This document shows positions 1-9,217 of a stretch of 64,000 bases of DNA, in pieces. The notes under the pieces are model-generated. The model did not search any database. It was not told the DNA's origin and saw nothing but the letters and a program-made list of their open reading frames with translations. Location: positions 256,001-320,000 of the forward strand of contig CBDAOY010000008.1 of NCBI GenBank assembly GCA_965198225.1, written 5' to 3'. Every line of letters starts with the position of its first letter. Positions within the stretch are counted from its first letter, which is position 1. A program made the translations under genes and the position numbers. Source of the DNA: Terriglobia bacterium (lineage in GTDB: Bacteria > Acidobacteriota > Terriglobia > 20CM-2-55-15).

Positions 1-1167
1 GACGAGAAGTTTCATCGCGCCGATATCCGTCGCTTGCGCTGCCCGCCAAAACGCCGTCGTTCCGGACACCACTTCCCACTCCTCCTTGTGATGGGGCGGG
101 TTGAACCACACGGAAGCCAGTATCCTGGCGTTCGGTTCGGCGCCCTGCTCCAGGAGCGCCTTCATCAGATCCAGATGACTGACCTTCTCCTGGGCAATAC
201 CCGACGCGGAGGTGGCCGGGGTTGGTGTCCACGCCAGTGGCGCCCATTTGCTGTGCAATAGTGCGTACAGAGGAGCGAGCCCATCGGTGCTGGGGAGGTT
301 GGGGTCCGCTCCGTGGTCCAGCAGGTAATCCGCGATCTCGTACCTGCCGTTGTTGATCGCGATTAGCATGGGGCTGGTGTTGTCCACCGCATTGACCCGA
401 TTGACATTGGCTCCGCCTAAAACCAGCGCGCGCACGCTGGCAATATGGCCTTCGCGAGCGGCATAGTGCAACGCTGCCATACCACCCGTGCCGAGGATCT
501 TTCCCGAATTCCTCGGCCGCGGCCTCGTCTCTCCGGTTCGAGACGGCGCCGGAACAGGGTTACCATCCTCGTCAATAAGGTTTTCATTGATCGCGACGAT
601 CTTGGACCTGAGGTCCAGATCTGCACCCCGGGACGCCAGCAGGCTGACAACCGGCGCCCGATTCAGCGCAGCCGCGAACATCACCGCCGTCTGCTGGCCC
701 GCGGCTTCGGTCGCGTTCACGTCCGCTCCATGGTCCAGCAGCGCTTCCACTGCCTCCACGCCACCCGAGGCCGCCGCCTGCATGAGAGGGGTCGTCCCGA
801 GGCCAGTGGCCAGACTTGTGTCTGCACCAGCCTCCAACAGCAACCCGATCATCGCTGCGCTCCCGTTCCTGGCGGCGAAGGCCAGCGGGGTAATCGACCC
901 CACCCGCGTTCCGGCCTTCAAGCCCGCGCCTGCCTGAATCAGCACCCGCGCCATCTCCAGGTCATTGTTGTACGCCGCCCAGTGCAGCGCCGTCATGCCA
1001 TCGCCCTGGGCTGCATTGACATCGACCCTCTGATTCAGGAGCGAACGAACCGCATCTATGTCGCCCTGCATCGCGGCATCGGCCAATCGAACGTCACCGG
1101 TAGCGCCTATCATCGCCGCGGCCATGCCAACTACGCAGAGTCCAGTCACTAAGGCCGTACGCAACAT
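1..1167 (-). CDS. Secreted ankyrin-repeat protein (3' end runs off window)
   Basis: Manual translation from ATG at 1167 (RBS GAGGAG): MLRTALVTGLCVVGMAAAM...LADAAMQGDIDAVRSLL...GDGMTALHWAA. Ankyrin consensus; paralog of 10640-12205. Confidence 0.85.
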   Translation of the reverse strand, partial: MLRTALVTGLCVVGMAAAMIGATGDVRLADAAMQGDIDAVRSLLNQRVDVNAAQGDGMTALHWAAYNNDLEMARVLIQAGAGLKAGTRVGSITPLAFAARNGSAAMIGLLLEAGADTSLATGLGTTPLMQAAASGGVEAVEALLDHGADVNATEAAGQQTAVMFAAALNRAPVVSLLASRGADLDLRSKIVAINENLIDEDGNPVPAPSRTGETRPRPRNSGKILGTGGMAALHYAAREGHIASVRALVLGGANVNRVNAVDNTSPMLIAINNGRYEIADYLLDHGADPNLPSTDGLAPLYALLHSKWAPLAWTPTPATSASGIAQEKVSHLDLMKALLEQGAEPNARILASVWFNPPHHKEEWEVVSGTTAFWRAAQATDIGAMKLLV

Positions 1168-1190
1168 ATGTCGTTTCTCCTCGGAGGCCC

Positions 1191-2570
1191 TCATATGGCA
1201 AGCTCTCCCGTGCTATCGCCGATTTCGTCCACGTCCTCAACCCCGAGCCTGTGCAGAATGGTCAGCAGAAGGTTCGCCATCGGAGTTCCTTCCGGGCATT
1301 CGAGGTGGAAATTGCCTTTGATCTGGCCGTTGGCGTGACCGGCTAGAAAAATCGGCAGGCGCAGATGTTCGTGTACATGGGAGTCCCCCATGGGACTGCC
1401 ATACATCACCAAGGTGTGGTCTAAGAGGTTGCCGTCGCCGTCGGGCGTGTCTTTCAACTTCTCGATGAAGGGAGCCACTGTACTGACGTGATACTGGTTC
1501 AACCGGGCGAACTCGGCGATACTCCCCGGATCTTGTCCGTGATGCGAAGCCGAGTGGAAGGGAATCGAGACCCCGCTGTCCGGGTAGACCGCCGAACTGA
1601 CGTCACGCGCCAGCTTGAACGCCGAAACGCGGGTGGTCTCCGTCATGAAAGCCAGTACCTGCAAATCGAGCATCAGGCTCATATGCTCCGCCCACGAGTC
1701 CGGCACGCCAATCGGGGCGTCCGGCAGCTGTCTCTCTCCGTCATGTTCCGCGTTGTATCGTTCGATCTTCTGAATCCGCCGCTCGATCTCGCGGACGTTC
1801 TCGAGGTAACTGTTAAGACGGTTGCGGTCGTTCGGGCCCACTTCCCTTTGTAGCCGAGCTGCTGAGCGCGCGATCCTGTCCAGAATGCTTCCGTTCTCCC
1901 GCAGCCGGGTGGCGCGCTCTTCCGATGTGCCACCGCCGCCGAACAGGCGTTCGAAAGTCACGCGCGGATTCCTCTCCATGGGTAACGGAGTGGTCGGTGA
2001 TGACCAGGAGATGGTGTCGGTGTAAACACAGCTGTAGCCATACCCGCAGGCAGCCGACAAGGAACCCGCGGACTCGATCGAGAGCTGGAGCGACGGCAAC
2101 GGTGTGTCCCGGCCGAACCGCTGCGCGTAGATCTGGTCGATCGAAGGGCCGCAAAAGTAATCCGCTCCCTCCGTTTTCTTCGGATGGGCTGCGGTCAAGT
2201 ACACCGCCGACGAGCGGGTATGATCGGCGCCCTCCTCGTTCGAGGTCCGAGCCCTTGCGTTCTCGAGATCCGTATTCGTAACGATTGTGATGTACTCCCG
2301 ATAGGGTTCGAGCGACTTCAACGTGGAAGTGAACTCAAAATCGGAGCCGGCTCTTTCGGGCGACCAGTAGTGAAGTTTCTGCCCTGTCCGCGTGCTGCCT
2401 GCTGCGCCATGAACCTGTTCGATGGCGCAGAGGCGGGGCGGTCGTGCCGCGGCCGTCTTGCGCAAAGGCGTCTGGGCCGGCAGCATCGACTCCAGAAACG
2501 GCAGCGCCGCCGCAACACCCATGCCTCGGAGAACCGTGCGTCGGGAGATATGCTTCTTCGTAATAAACAT
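1191..2570 (-). CDS. DUF1552 (HxxSHH) family protein, Tat-exported
   Basis: MFITKKHISRRTVLRG Tat motif; FHSASHH; DGDGNLLDHT; follows a DUF1592 gene. Confidence 0.88.
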   Translation of the reverse strand: MFITKKHISRRTVLRGMGVAAALPFLESMLPAQTPLRKTAAARPPRLCAIEQVHGAAGSTRTGQKLHYWSPERAGSDFEFTSTLKSLEPYREYITIVTNTDLENARARTSNEEGADHTRSSAVYLTAAHPKKTEGADYFCGPSIDQIYAQRFGRDTPLPSLQLSIESAGSLSAACGYGYSCVYTDTISWSSPTTPLPMERNPRVTFERLFGGGGTSEERATRLRENGSILDRIARSAARLQREVGPNDRNRLNSYLENVREIERRIQKIERYNAEHDGERQLPDAPIGVPDSWAEHMSLMLDLQVLAFMTETTRVSAFKLARDVSSAVYPDSGVSIPFHSASHHGQDPGSIAEFARLNQYHVSTVAPFIEKLKDTPDGDGNLLDHTLVMYGSPMGDSHVHEHLRLPIFLAGHANGQIKGNFHLECPEGTPMANLLLTILHRLGVEDVDEIGDSTGELAI

Positions 2571-2623
2571 CTGTTGGTACCCTCTCCGTACTTGGATCGT
2601 TTGTTTCGATTTAATCGAGTCCG

Positions 2624-5149
2624 CTAAGGGCTGGGAACGGCCTCCTGTCTCCGCTTCCCGGCGTCGGGACCCACGTCAGCCGCGGGGGCGGAATTCGTGG
2701 CTAAGGGCTCCACCTTTCTCATTTGGAACGGCATGCTGTTCACGATGCCCATAACGATTGACGTGAACCGGCTATCGTTCCGGGCGGCCTGCCGTCCGAT
2801 CTCGCGAACCACCGGCATGTCGATGTACGTGAATTCACGGCCTAAAGCATAAGTCACCAGCTTTACGATGAAGTTCCGGACATACGCATCAGAGTACTTC
2901 AACAGCGCCTGCCGCAGGTCGGCCGGGTTATTCACTTTGGTTCCGTCAACCAACTCACTCCCCGACTCTACAGGGAAGCCACTGTCGTGGGTGCGCCATG
3001 CCCCGATCGCGTCAAAGTTCTCCAGCGCCAGGCCTATCGGATCCATGATTTTATGGCAGGAGGCGCACGGTTCCCTCGTGCGGTGCTGTTCCAGACGGTC
3101 GCGCACCGATCGAAGCCTGAGCGGTTCACCGCCTCTACCCAAGGTGTTCTCCTCCAGGAGCGGTACGTTGGGAGGAGGTATCGGAGCAGTCACGCCCAGA
3201 ATCTCCTCCAGGATCCACTTGCCACGCACCACCGGGGAGGTCCGGTTGGAGAACGAGGTTACCGACAGAATGCTCCCCTGGCCCAACAGTCCCAAACGGC
3301 TCTCATCCTGTAGCTTCACGCGCCGGAATCTATTCCCCAGGACATTCGGAATTCCGTAGTGTTTCGCCAGACGCTCATTAACAAACGTGTAGTCCGCCGT
3401 CAGCAGATCGACAACACTTCGGTTCTCGCGCACGATGCTGTCGAAGAGCAACTCCGTCTCCCTTCGCATCGATTCGAGCAAGTTCTGGTCCGCGTCCGCA
3501 TACAGGTAAACATCGGGGAGCAATTCCCTGAGATTGCGCAAGTGCAGCCACTGTCCCGCAAAGTTTTTAGCCAGTGCTTCTGAGCGAGGGTCGGCCAGCA
3601 TGCGGCGCACCTGCTGCTCGAGTACCGCCGGATCCTTGAGTTTTTCCTGGCTGGCCAGGGTGATGAGTTGGTCGTCGGGGAGGCTGCTCCACAGGAAAAA
3701 CGCCAAGCGGGAAGCCAGCTCCAGGTCACTGATGCGATAGTTCGCACCCGCGACGGCATTGGTGGGTGTGCGCTCCACACGGAATACGAATTCGGGGTTC
3801 GCAATGATGAACTGCAAGGCCATTCGGATCCCCGTGTCGAAATCCGCCTGGTTGGCTCCTTCCTGGTAAGCGCTCATCAGCTCCTCGACATTCTCATCCG
3901 TCAACGGCCGCCGAAACGCATGCCGTGCCAGCGTTGTGATGATGTCGGCAGCGCAAGGCCCCTCTTCGCCCGCCGTGGCGGGCCGGCAGGTGAATATCTT
4001 GCGGCGGCTGGGCGTCTCGCTCACCCCTGTTGCGCTGTAGGGACCCATGATCGTGAGGTCTCTCAGGTGGGGAGGGTTTGTCAGCCCCTCGACCTGGCCC
4101 GAAAAATCATCGGCCAGGCTCCGCTCCGGCCGCCAGATGGGGTCTTCGATCGGGCCGTCGGCAAGGTCCACAAACGAGGCCGAGATTTTCTGCGGACCTG
4201 CCTTCACCCGGATCGGCGGCGTCCGCAGGTCGTTTTCGCCCGCTGTCATCAAGGGGTTGATGTCGAACAGCGCAACCCTCTCGCCGTTCACGGCCACCTC
4301 GAGTTGCTCGCCGTACATGGTGCTGCCGAAGAGGAAAGTGTTTCTCGTGAAGACCAGCAGCATTCGGAACACGTACTCGCCATCGGCCGGGAAGTTATGC
4401 ACTACGGCGATTCCGCCGCGCGTGCCGAACGGCGTACCCTCGACGTGACGTATCTGCGAGAAATTCGTTCCGAGACGGTATGTCTCCTCGATGGGGCTCA
4501 TCCGAGGGTCGCCAACAGCGAGACGACCGATCTTGCCGGCCGCTTGGACGTACGCCTCCAGCAGCGTGGGCGAAATGGCCAGGACCTCTGAAATGTTGTC
4601 GAAACCCTGGCTCCTCGTGTCGGCCGGCAGAAGCGACTCCGAGTCGACCTCCAGGTCAAGCAAGTCGCGGATCGCGTTGGCATATTCGGTTCGGTTGAGC
4701 CGGTGGAGGTACGGCGTTCCTGGATTCGGAGTAGAGGCGGCAGCGCGGTCGATCTCGGCTTCCAACGCCCGGGCAAAGGCCCTGACCGTCTCTTGGGTCG
4801 GCCGCGGCGAGCCCGCGGGAGGCATCATGCCCGTCCGCAGCTTGAGGATGATCCTTTCGGCCACCTGAGCGTTCAGCTCCGGATGCGCCAGGTCAACGTC
4901 TGAAAACGAGAAGCCTCCCGTTCGCACGTCATCGTCATGGCAGTATTCGCAGTACTGTCCGGCTAACTTCTGCCGCTCTTCTACCGGCATCGTGCCGGGC
5001 GTCTCAGGCTCTTGCAGGATCGCACCCGGCACAGGCGCGACCCGGAGCCCGCCCAACGCCTGAGCCAATGCGGGTACCGGGCTCAAGGCTTGCCCCATGG
5101 TCAACGCCGCTACAATCACCAAAAAACCGGGAAGGACAACTCTCTTCAT
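2624..5149 (-). CDS. DUF1592/DUF1588/DUF1587-type (PSD) protein with two c-type haem motifs
   Basis: Signal peptide; CEYCH and CASCH; LHRLNRTEYAN, ELASRLAFFLWSS and TSPVVRGKW motifs. Confidence 0.88.
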   Translation of the reverse strand: MKRVVLPGFLVIVAALTMGQALSPVPALAQALGGLRVAPVPGAILQEPETPGTMPVEERQKLAGQYCEYCHDDDVRTGGFSFSDVDLAHPELNAQVAERIILKLRTGMMPPAGSPRPTQETVRAFARALEAEIDRAAASTPNPGTPYLHRLNRTEYANAIRDLLDLEVDSESLLPADTRSQGFDNISEVLAISPTLLEAYVQAAGKIGRLAVGDPRMSPIEETYRLGTNFSQIRHVEGTPFGTRGGIAVVHNFPADGEYVFRMLLVFTRNTFLFGSTMYGEQLEVAVNGERVALFDINPLMTAGENDLRTPPIRVKAGPQKISASFVDLADGPIEDPIWRPERSLADDFSGQVEGLTNPPHLRDLTIMGPYSATGVSETPSRRKIFTCRPATAGEEGPCAADIITTLARHAFRRPLTDENVEELMSAYQEGANQADFDTGIRMALQFIIANPEFVFRVERTPTNAVAGANYRISDLELASRLAFFLWSSLPDDQLITLASQEKLKDPAVLEQQVRRMLADPRSEALAKNFAGQWLHLRNLRELLPDVYLYADADQNLLESMRRETELLFDSIVRENRSVVDLLTADYTFVNERLAKHYGIPNVLGNRFRRVKLQDESRLGLLGQGSILSVTSFSNRTSPVVRGKWILEEILGVTAPIPPPNVPLLEENTLGRGGEPLRLRSVRDRLEQHRTREPCASCHKIMDPIGLALENFDAIGAWRTHDSGFPVESGSELVDGTKVNNPADLRQALLKYSDAYVRNFIVKLVTYALGREFTYIDMPVVREIGRQAARNDSRFTSIVMGIVNSMPFQMRKVEPLATNSAPAADVGPDAGKRRQEAVPSP

Positions 5150-5298
5150 TAACGTTTCTCCCGCTGAGGGTAATGCCTGGTGCCTGGACTATCGAGGCCC
5201 CTCGAGTCCCGCCCGCCACCGCAAACAGGCGGCCCCGGTTCGTTCAGTGAAGAACCGAACGCTGCGCGAAAAATCTGGCCGATGAATAAGCTTCCGCA

Positions 5299-5327
5299 AT
5301 TATAGGTAGCAGGGGATTGAACCGCCA
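5299..5327 (-). promoter_or_regulatory. Sigma70-type promoter for the left DUF1592 operon
   Basis: Minus strand TTGGCG-17 nt-TATAAT, about 150 nt upstream of the ATG at 5149. Confidence 0.55.
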
Positions 5328-5481
5328 ACAAAATGAGGACGTTCTACGACGGCGCGCTCATGCGGTCCCGGACTTCTGATGCCCGAGACTCGGAATGCCG
5401 AAGCGGAATCGCATGGATGGGTTCGGATGTGCGTGCCTCCCGGCGGGGACACTCCGACGCCTGGAGACCGGGGCGTTTCTA

Positions 5482-6291
5482 CTATTGCCTGCCCGGTTTA
5501 CCCCCACGGGTGCGGCGCGCATAGAGGGGACTGTACTCCAGCCCGTAGGGCGACTTGCGCCTCAGTCGGGCTTTCTCGGTAAAGAATTCCTCCTTCTGGT
5601 CTCGGATCTCTTCCAACTCCTCTTCGGTGCAATCGCGGAGAGTGGTCTCCTCTCGTGGGATGAAGAAAACCTGTCCGACAGGCAGGCTGTGCGTCCCGGG
5701 AAGCCCCTCCCCCGGTTCCAGGACGTAACGGAACTCGCTTTCGTGCGGGAACCAGTCGGTCTCGACCCGGATGACCAGCATTGGAGCGACCGGTCGCTCG
5801 ATCATGTTGAAGACGGGGGCGTAAATGGTGTCCCAGCCCTGCGGGGTCCGGAAGTTGGTCGCTCCGCGCAGCGTGACTGCGCCGGGCGGGGTCCCCAGGT
5901 CTTCCGGAACGATATAGGATCGCGCCATCGCGACGGCGTTCTCCCGGTTTATTGGAGGGTCTTTGATCAGAAACTCGACCTCTTCCTGCATCTTCCCGAT
6001 GCTTCCCACCGGAAGGACGAGCGTGAGCGCGAAGACCGCCTCCCACTTTCCTCCTCCAGGCGGGCGCACGAAATACAGGAACCTGTAACGTCCCTCTCCC
6101 TGGTACTCGACGTGGAACGATTCGTTGTCCTCGAGCGGGGGATAGACCAGGTATCCGAGTGAGCTCCCGGCCTCGAGCACGGGGCAGTGGCGGGCATGCT
6201 GTGGCAACAGAGGCCGCTGCGGTTCGCGACGCGGCTTCAAGCCCACGCCGGGGCGGTACGAGTTGGGGAATAGCTTTACTTCCATGCGCAT
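5482..6291 (-). CDS. Hypothetical protein, DUF6065-like
   Basis: 269-aa ORF with HARHCP, FRTPQGW, VETDW and PVGQVFFIPRE motifs recalled from DUF6065. Start may be 6285. Confidence 0.6.
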   Translation of the reverse strand: MRMEVKLFPNSYRPGVGLKPRREPQRPLLPQHARHCPVLEAGSSLGYLVYPPLEDNESFHVEYQGEGRYRFLYFVRPPGGGKWEAVFALTLVLPVGSIGKMQEEVEFLIKDPPINRENAVAMARSYIVPEDLGTPPGAVTLRGATNFRTPQGWDTIYAPVFNMIERPVAPMLVIRVETDWFPHESEFRYVLEPGEGLPGTHSLPVGQVFFIPREETTLRDCTEEELEEIRDQKEEFFTEKARLRRKSPYGLEYSPLYARRTRGGKPGRQ

Positions 6292-6294
6292 ATA

Positions 6295-6355
6295 TTAGCA
6301 GCCCGTGGCAGAACTCTACAGGGCCGCGTTACGGCCAAACGGGGCCGGATTCTAG
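6295..6355 (+). mobile_element. Truncated left end of a CTAG-type structured element (subtype of 28952-29228)
   Basis: TTAG-CAGCCCGTGGCAGAA...CGCGTTACGGC...CCGGATTCTAG matches the left end of the 28952 copy and stops at its internal CTAG. Confidence 0.7.
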
Positions 6356-6626
6356 TGACCTGTAACAATGCTATCGGTACCAGCGTTCGGCGGAACGGCG
6401 TCGGATTTTAGGAGTGACGCCCGAGCCAATGCTGTTTCATTGCGAGGACGTCACGACACCGAAGACGGCGCCGTTGGGCCGAACCCTTCGGGCCGATGGG
6501 GGTTGCGGGCGATCTCTTTGTCGGAAGCCGTCACCGATGAAAGAGCATCGCTTTCCGTCTCCCTCCGCGACCTCGCCCGCAAGACCCATCGGCGATGGTG
6601 CCGATAGCACTGTTACAGGCCACTTG
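6352..6626 (+). mobile_element. About 275-bp non-autonomous structured element (MITE-like), copy A
   Basis: About 36-bp terminal inverted arms CTAGTGACCTGTAACAATGCTATCGG / CCGATAGCACTGTTACAGGCCACTTG; homologous to copies at 17503, 28952 and 60993. Confidence 0.85.
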
Positions 6627-6805
6627 GGATAGATCAAGCATGCCGGTGACTGCACGACTGACTCTCTCGGCGAAGGTTGGTCGTGCACTGAATCGCGATG
6701 TTTTCGGGGATTCAACTGGCCGGGCAGACAATATCTTTCCCAGAACGCCTTCATGTGCTATCGTTCTGTAACCAAACAACATAGGCATAATAAACAGGGG
6801 GCTCG

Positions 6806-9202
6806 ATGAAGTCGGTTTCCGTTTGGGTTGGAGTGCTTGGCGTGCTGGTTGTGTCCGCCGGAAGTGCCTGGGGGCAAACCCCGAGCACAATGCCGGTTTC
6901 ATCGCAGCAGGCGCTGGTCAACGACTACTGCTCGGGTTGCCACAACGACGCGATTCGTGAAGGTGGGTTTTCATGGGCCACGATCGACCTGGCCGATCCC
7001 GCCCGGAACGCGGAACAAGCCGAAAAGGTGATTCGCAAATTGCGGGCAGGCATGATGCCGCCGGCGGGCGCAACACGACCGGCGGTCGCTGACGCGAAGG
7101 CGCTTGCACTGTCGATTGAAACCGCGATCGATCGATCCGCTTCGGAGTACCCGTTTGCCGGCGCTCCCGAACTCCATCGGCTCAATCGAACAGAATACCG
7201 TAACTCGGTGCGCGAGTTGCTCGACTTGGATGTGGATGTTTCTTCGATGCTTCCGACCGACCAGATGAGCGGCGGCTTCGACAACATCTCCGACGTGCTC
7301 GCTGTGACTCCGGCGCTGGTGCAGGGATACGTCCGGGCGGCAGGCAAGATCAGCCGGCTGGCGATCGGTGACCCTGAAGTGGCCCCGACCATGTCGATGT
7401 ACACCGTGCCGAAGGTCGTCAACCAGCTGCGGCACGTCATGGGCACGCCGCTGGGAACGCGGGGCGGAACCTCCGTAGTCTACAACTTCCCCGCCGACGG
7501 CGATTACACGTTCAAGGTAGCCTTCTACCACGACTTCATCACCGAGCTGTTTGGCGCCAATCTGCCCGAGAACCTCCAGGGCCAGGAACTGGAGATCTCC
7601 CTAGACGGGGCCAGGGTGGCCATCTTCGAACTCGATCCAGAACTCTCCGAACCCGAAGGCACGTTGACGACAGAGTCGGTCCGGATCACGGCGGGCGCGC
7701 ATCGCGTTGCGGCCGCATTCATCTCGAAGTTCGACGGGCCGACCGAGGATGAGTTCCGCCAGGTGGAGCAGTCGATGATTGACGTCACCGGCGCGGTGCC
7801 CGGCCTAGTCGCCCTGCCACACCTGCACACACTGACTATTGCCGGCCCGTTCGTCGTGACAGGAATGTCGGAGACGGCATCCCGTCAGAAGATATTCCGG
7901 TGCAGGCCCGCGTCGGCCGACGCGGAACTGGACTGCGCGAAGAACATCCTGGGGACTCTGGCACGGCAGGCATACCGCCGGCCGATCTCGAACACCGACG
8001 TGGACTACCTGATCAACCACTACGGGGCCGGACGTGAAGAGGGAGACTTCGAGGCCGGGATCCAGATGGGCGTGCAGGCGATCCTCGGGCATCCGGAGTT
8101 TGTCTTCCGATTCGAGAAGACGCCGTCAAACGTCGGGCCAGGGACGAACTACCAGATCAGCGACCTGGAGCTGGCGTCCCGCATGGCGTATTTCCTCTGG
8201 AGCAGCCTGCCCGACGAGGAATTGCTGTCGCTGGCATCGGAGGGAAGGCTCGCCGAGCCCGGGGTGGTGGAACAGCAGGTCCGCCGCATGCTGGTGGATC
8301 CGCGCTCGGCTGCGCTGTCGGACAATTTCGCGTTCCAGTGGTTGCGCCTCCAGACGGTAAAGGAGGCCCAGCCCGAGGCGCTCGTGTTCCCGGAATTCAC
8401 GAGGAACCTCGGCGAGTCGATGACCGAAGAAACGAAGCTGCTCTTCGATAGCATCATGCGCGAAGACCGCAGCGTGATCGACCTGCTGACGGCGGACTAC
8501 ACGTTCGTCGACGAGGTGCTCGCGAAACACTACGGCATCCCGAACGTGCTGGGAAGCCGGTTCAGGCGCGTTGGGGTGACCGACCAGAACCGTTTCGGTC
8601 TGCTTGGACACGGAAGCGTCCTGACGTTGACGTCGCTGGCGAACAGAACGTCTCCCGTCCAGCGGGGCAAGTACGTCATGGAGGTCCTGATCGGATCGCC
8701 CCCGCCTGCGCCGCCCCCGGTCGTTCCCCCCTTGAAGGAGGCGGTGGATAACGAGGTCGTCCTCTCTGTCAGAGAGCGGATGATCCGGCACCGGGAAAAC
8801 CCCGCCTGCTCGGCATGTCACCAGATGATGGATCCGATCGGTCTGACTCTGGAGAACTTCGACGCGATCGGCCGGTGGCGTGCGAACGACAGCGGGTCTC
8901 GCATCGACCCGTCGGCCGAGATGTACGACGGGACGCCGCTCGACGGACCCGCCAGCCTGCGCGAGGCAGTCCTCGCTCGCTCCGAAGCGTTCATCGGAAC
9001 CTTTACGGAGCATCTTCTTTCATATGGTCTGGGCCGCGTGCTCAGTTATCGGGACATGCCCACGGTCCGGTCGATCGCCCGCGAGGCCGCGCAGAACGAC
9101 AAACGTTTTTCGTCGTTCATCCTCGGCGTCGTGAAGAGCGTGCCGTTCCGCTTGAGGCTCGCCGACGAAGAATACACGGCAGATCAGTTGAGAAACCGGT
9201 AA
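6806..9202 (+). CDS. DUF1592/DUF1588/DUF1587-type (PSD) protein with two c-type haem motifs
   Basis: Signal peptide; CSGCH and CSACH; paralog of 2624-5149. Confidence 0.88.
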   Translation: MKSVSVWVGVLGVLVVSAGSAWGQTPSTMPVSSQQALVNDYCSGCHNDAIREGGFSWATIDLADPARNAEQAEKVIRKLRAGMMPPAGATRPAVADAKALALSIETAIDRSASEYPFAGAPELHRLNRTEYRNSVRELLDLDVDVSSMLPTDQMSGGFDNISDVLAVTPALVQGYVRAAGKISRLAIGDPEVAPTMSMYTVPKVVNQLRHVMGTPLGTRGGTSVVYNFPADGDYTFKVAFYHDFITELFGANLPENLQGQELEISLDGARVAIFELDPELSEPEGTLTTESVRITAGAHRVAAAFISKFDGPTEDEFRQVEQSMIDVTGAVPGLVALPHLHTLTIAGPFVVTGMSETASRQKIFRCRPASADAELDCAKNILGTLARQAYRRPISNTDVDYLINHYGAGREEGDFEAGIQMGVQAILGHPEFVFRFEKTPSNVGPGTNYQISDLELASRMAYFLWSSLPDEELLSLASEGRLAEPGVVEQQVRRMLVDPRSAALSDNFAFQWLRLQTVKEAQPEALVFPEFTRNLGESMTEETKLLFDSIMREDRSVIDLLTADYTFVDEVLAKHYGIPNVLGSRFRRVGVTDQNRFGLLGHGSVLTLTSLANRTSPVQRGKYVMEVLIGSPPPAPPPVVPPLKEAVDNEVVLSVRERMIRHRENPACSACHQMMDPIGLTLENFDAIGRWRANDSGSRIDPSAEMYDGTPLDGPASLREAVLARSEAFIGTFTEHLLSYGLGRVLSYRDMPTVRSIAREAAQNDKRFSSFILGVVKSVPFRLRLADEEYTADQLRNR

Positions 9203-9217
9203 GGAGAGGAAACATCC

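Noticed and set aside
445-1152. Plus-strand ORFs at the window start
   Set aside because: Antisense to the ankyrin gene, which the ORF track missed because it lacks a stop in the window.
6368-6754. Short ORFs inside the structured elements (also 17561-17886, 28897-29204, 60956-61267)
   Set aside because: Start and stop positions are not conserved among copies and the changes follow base pairing, so they are probably non-coding.
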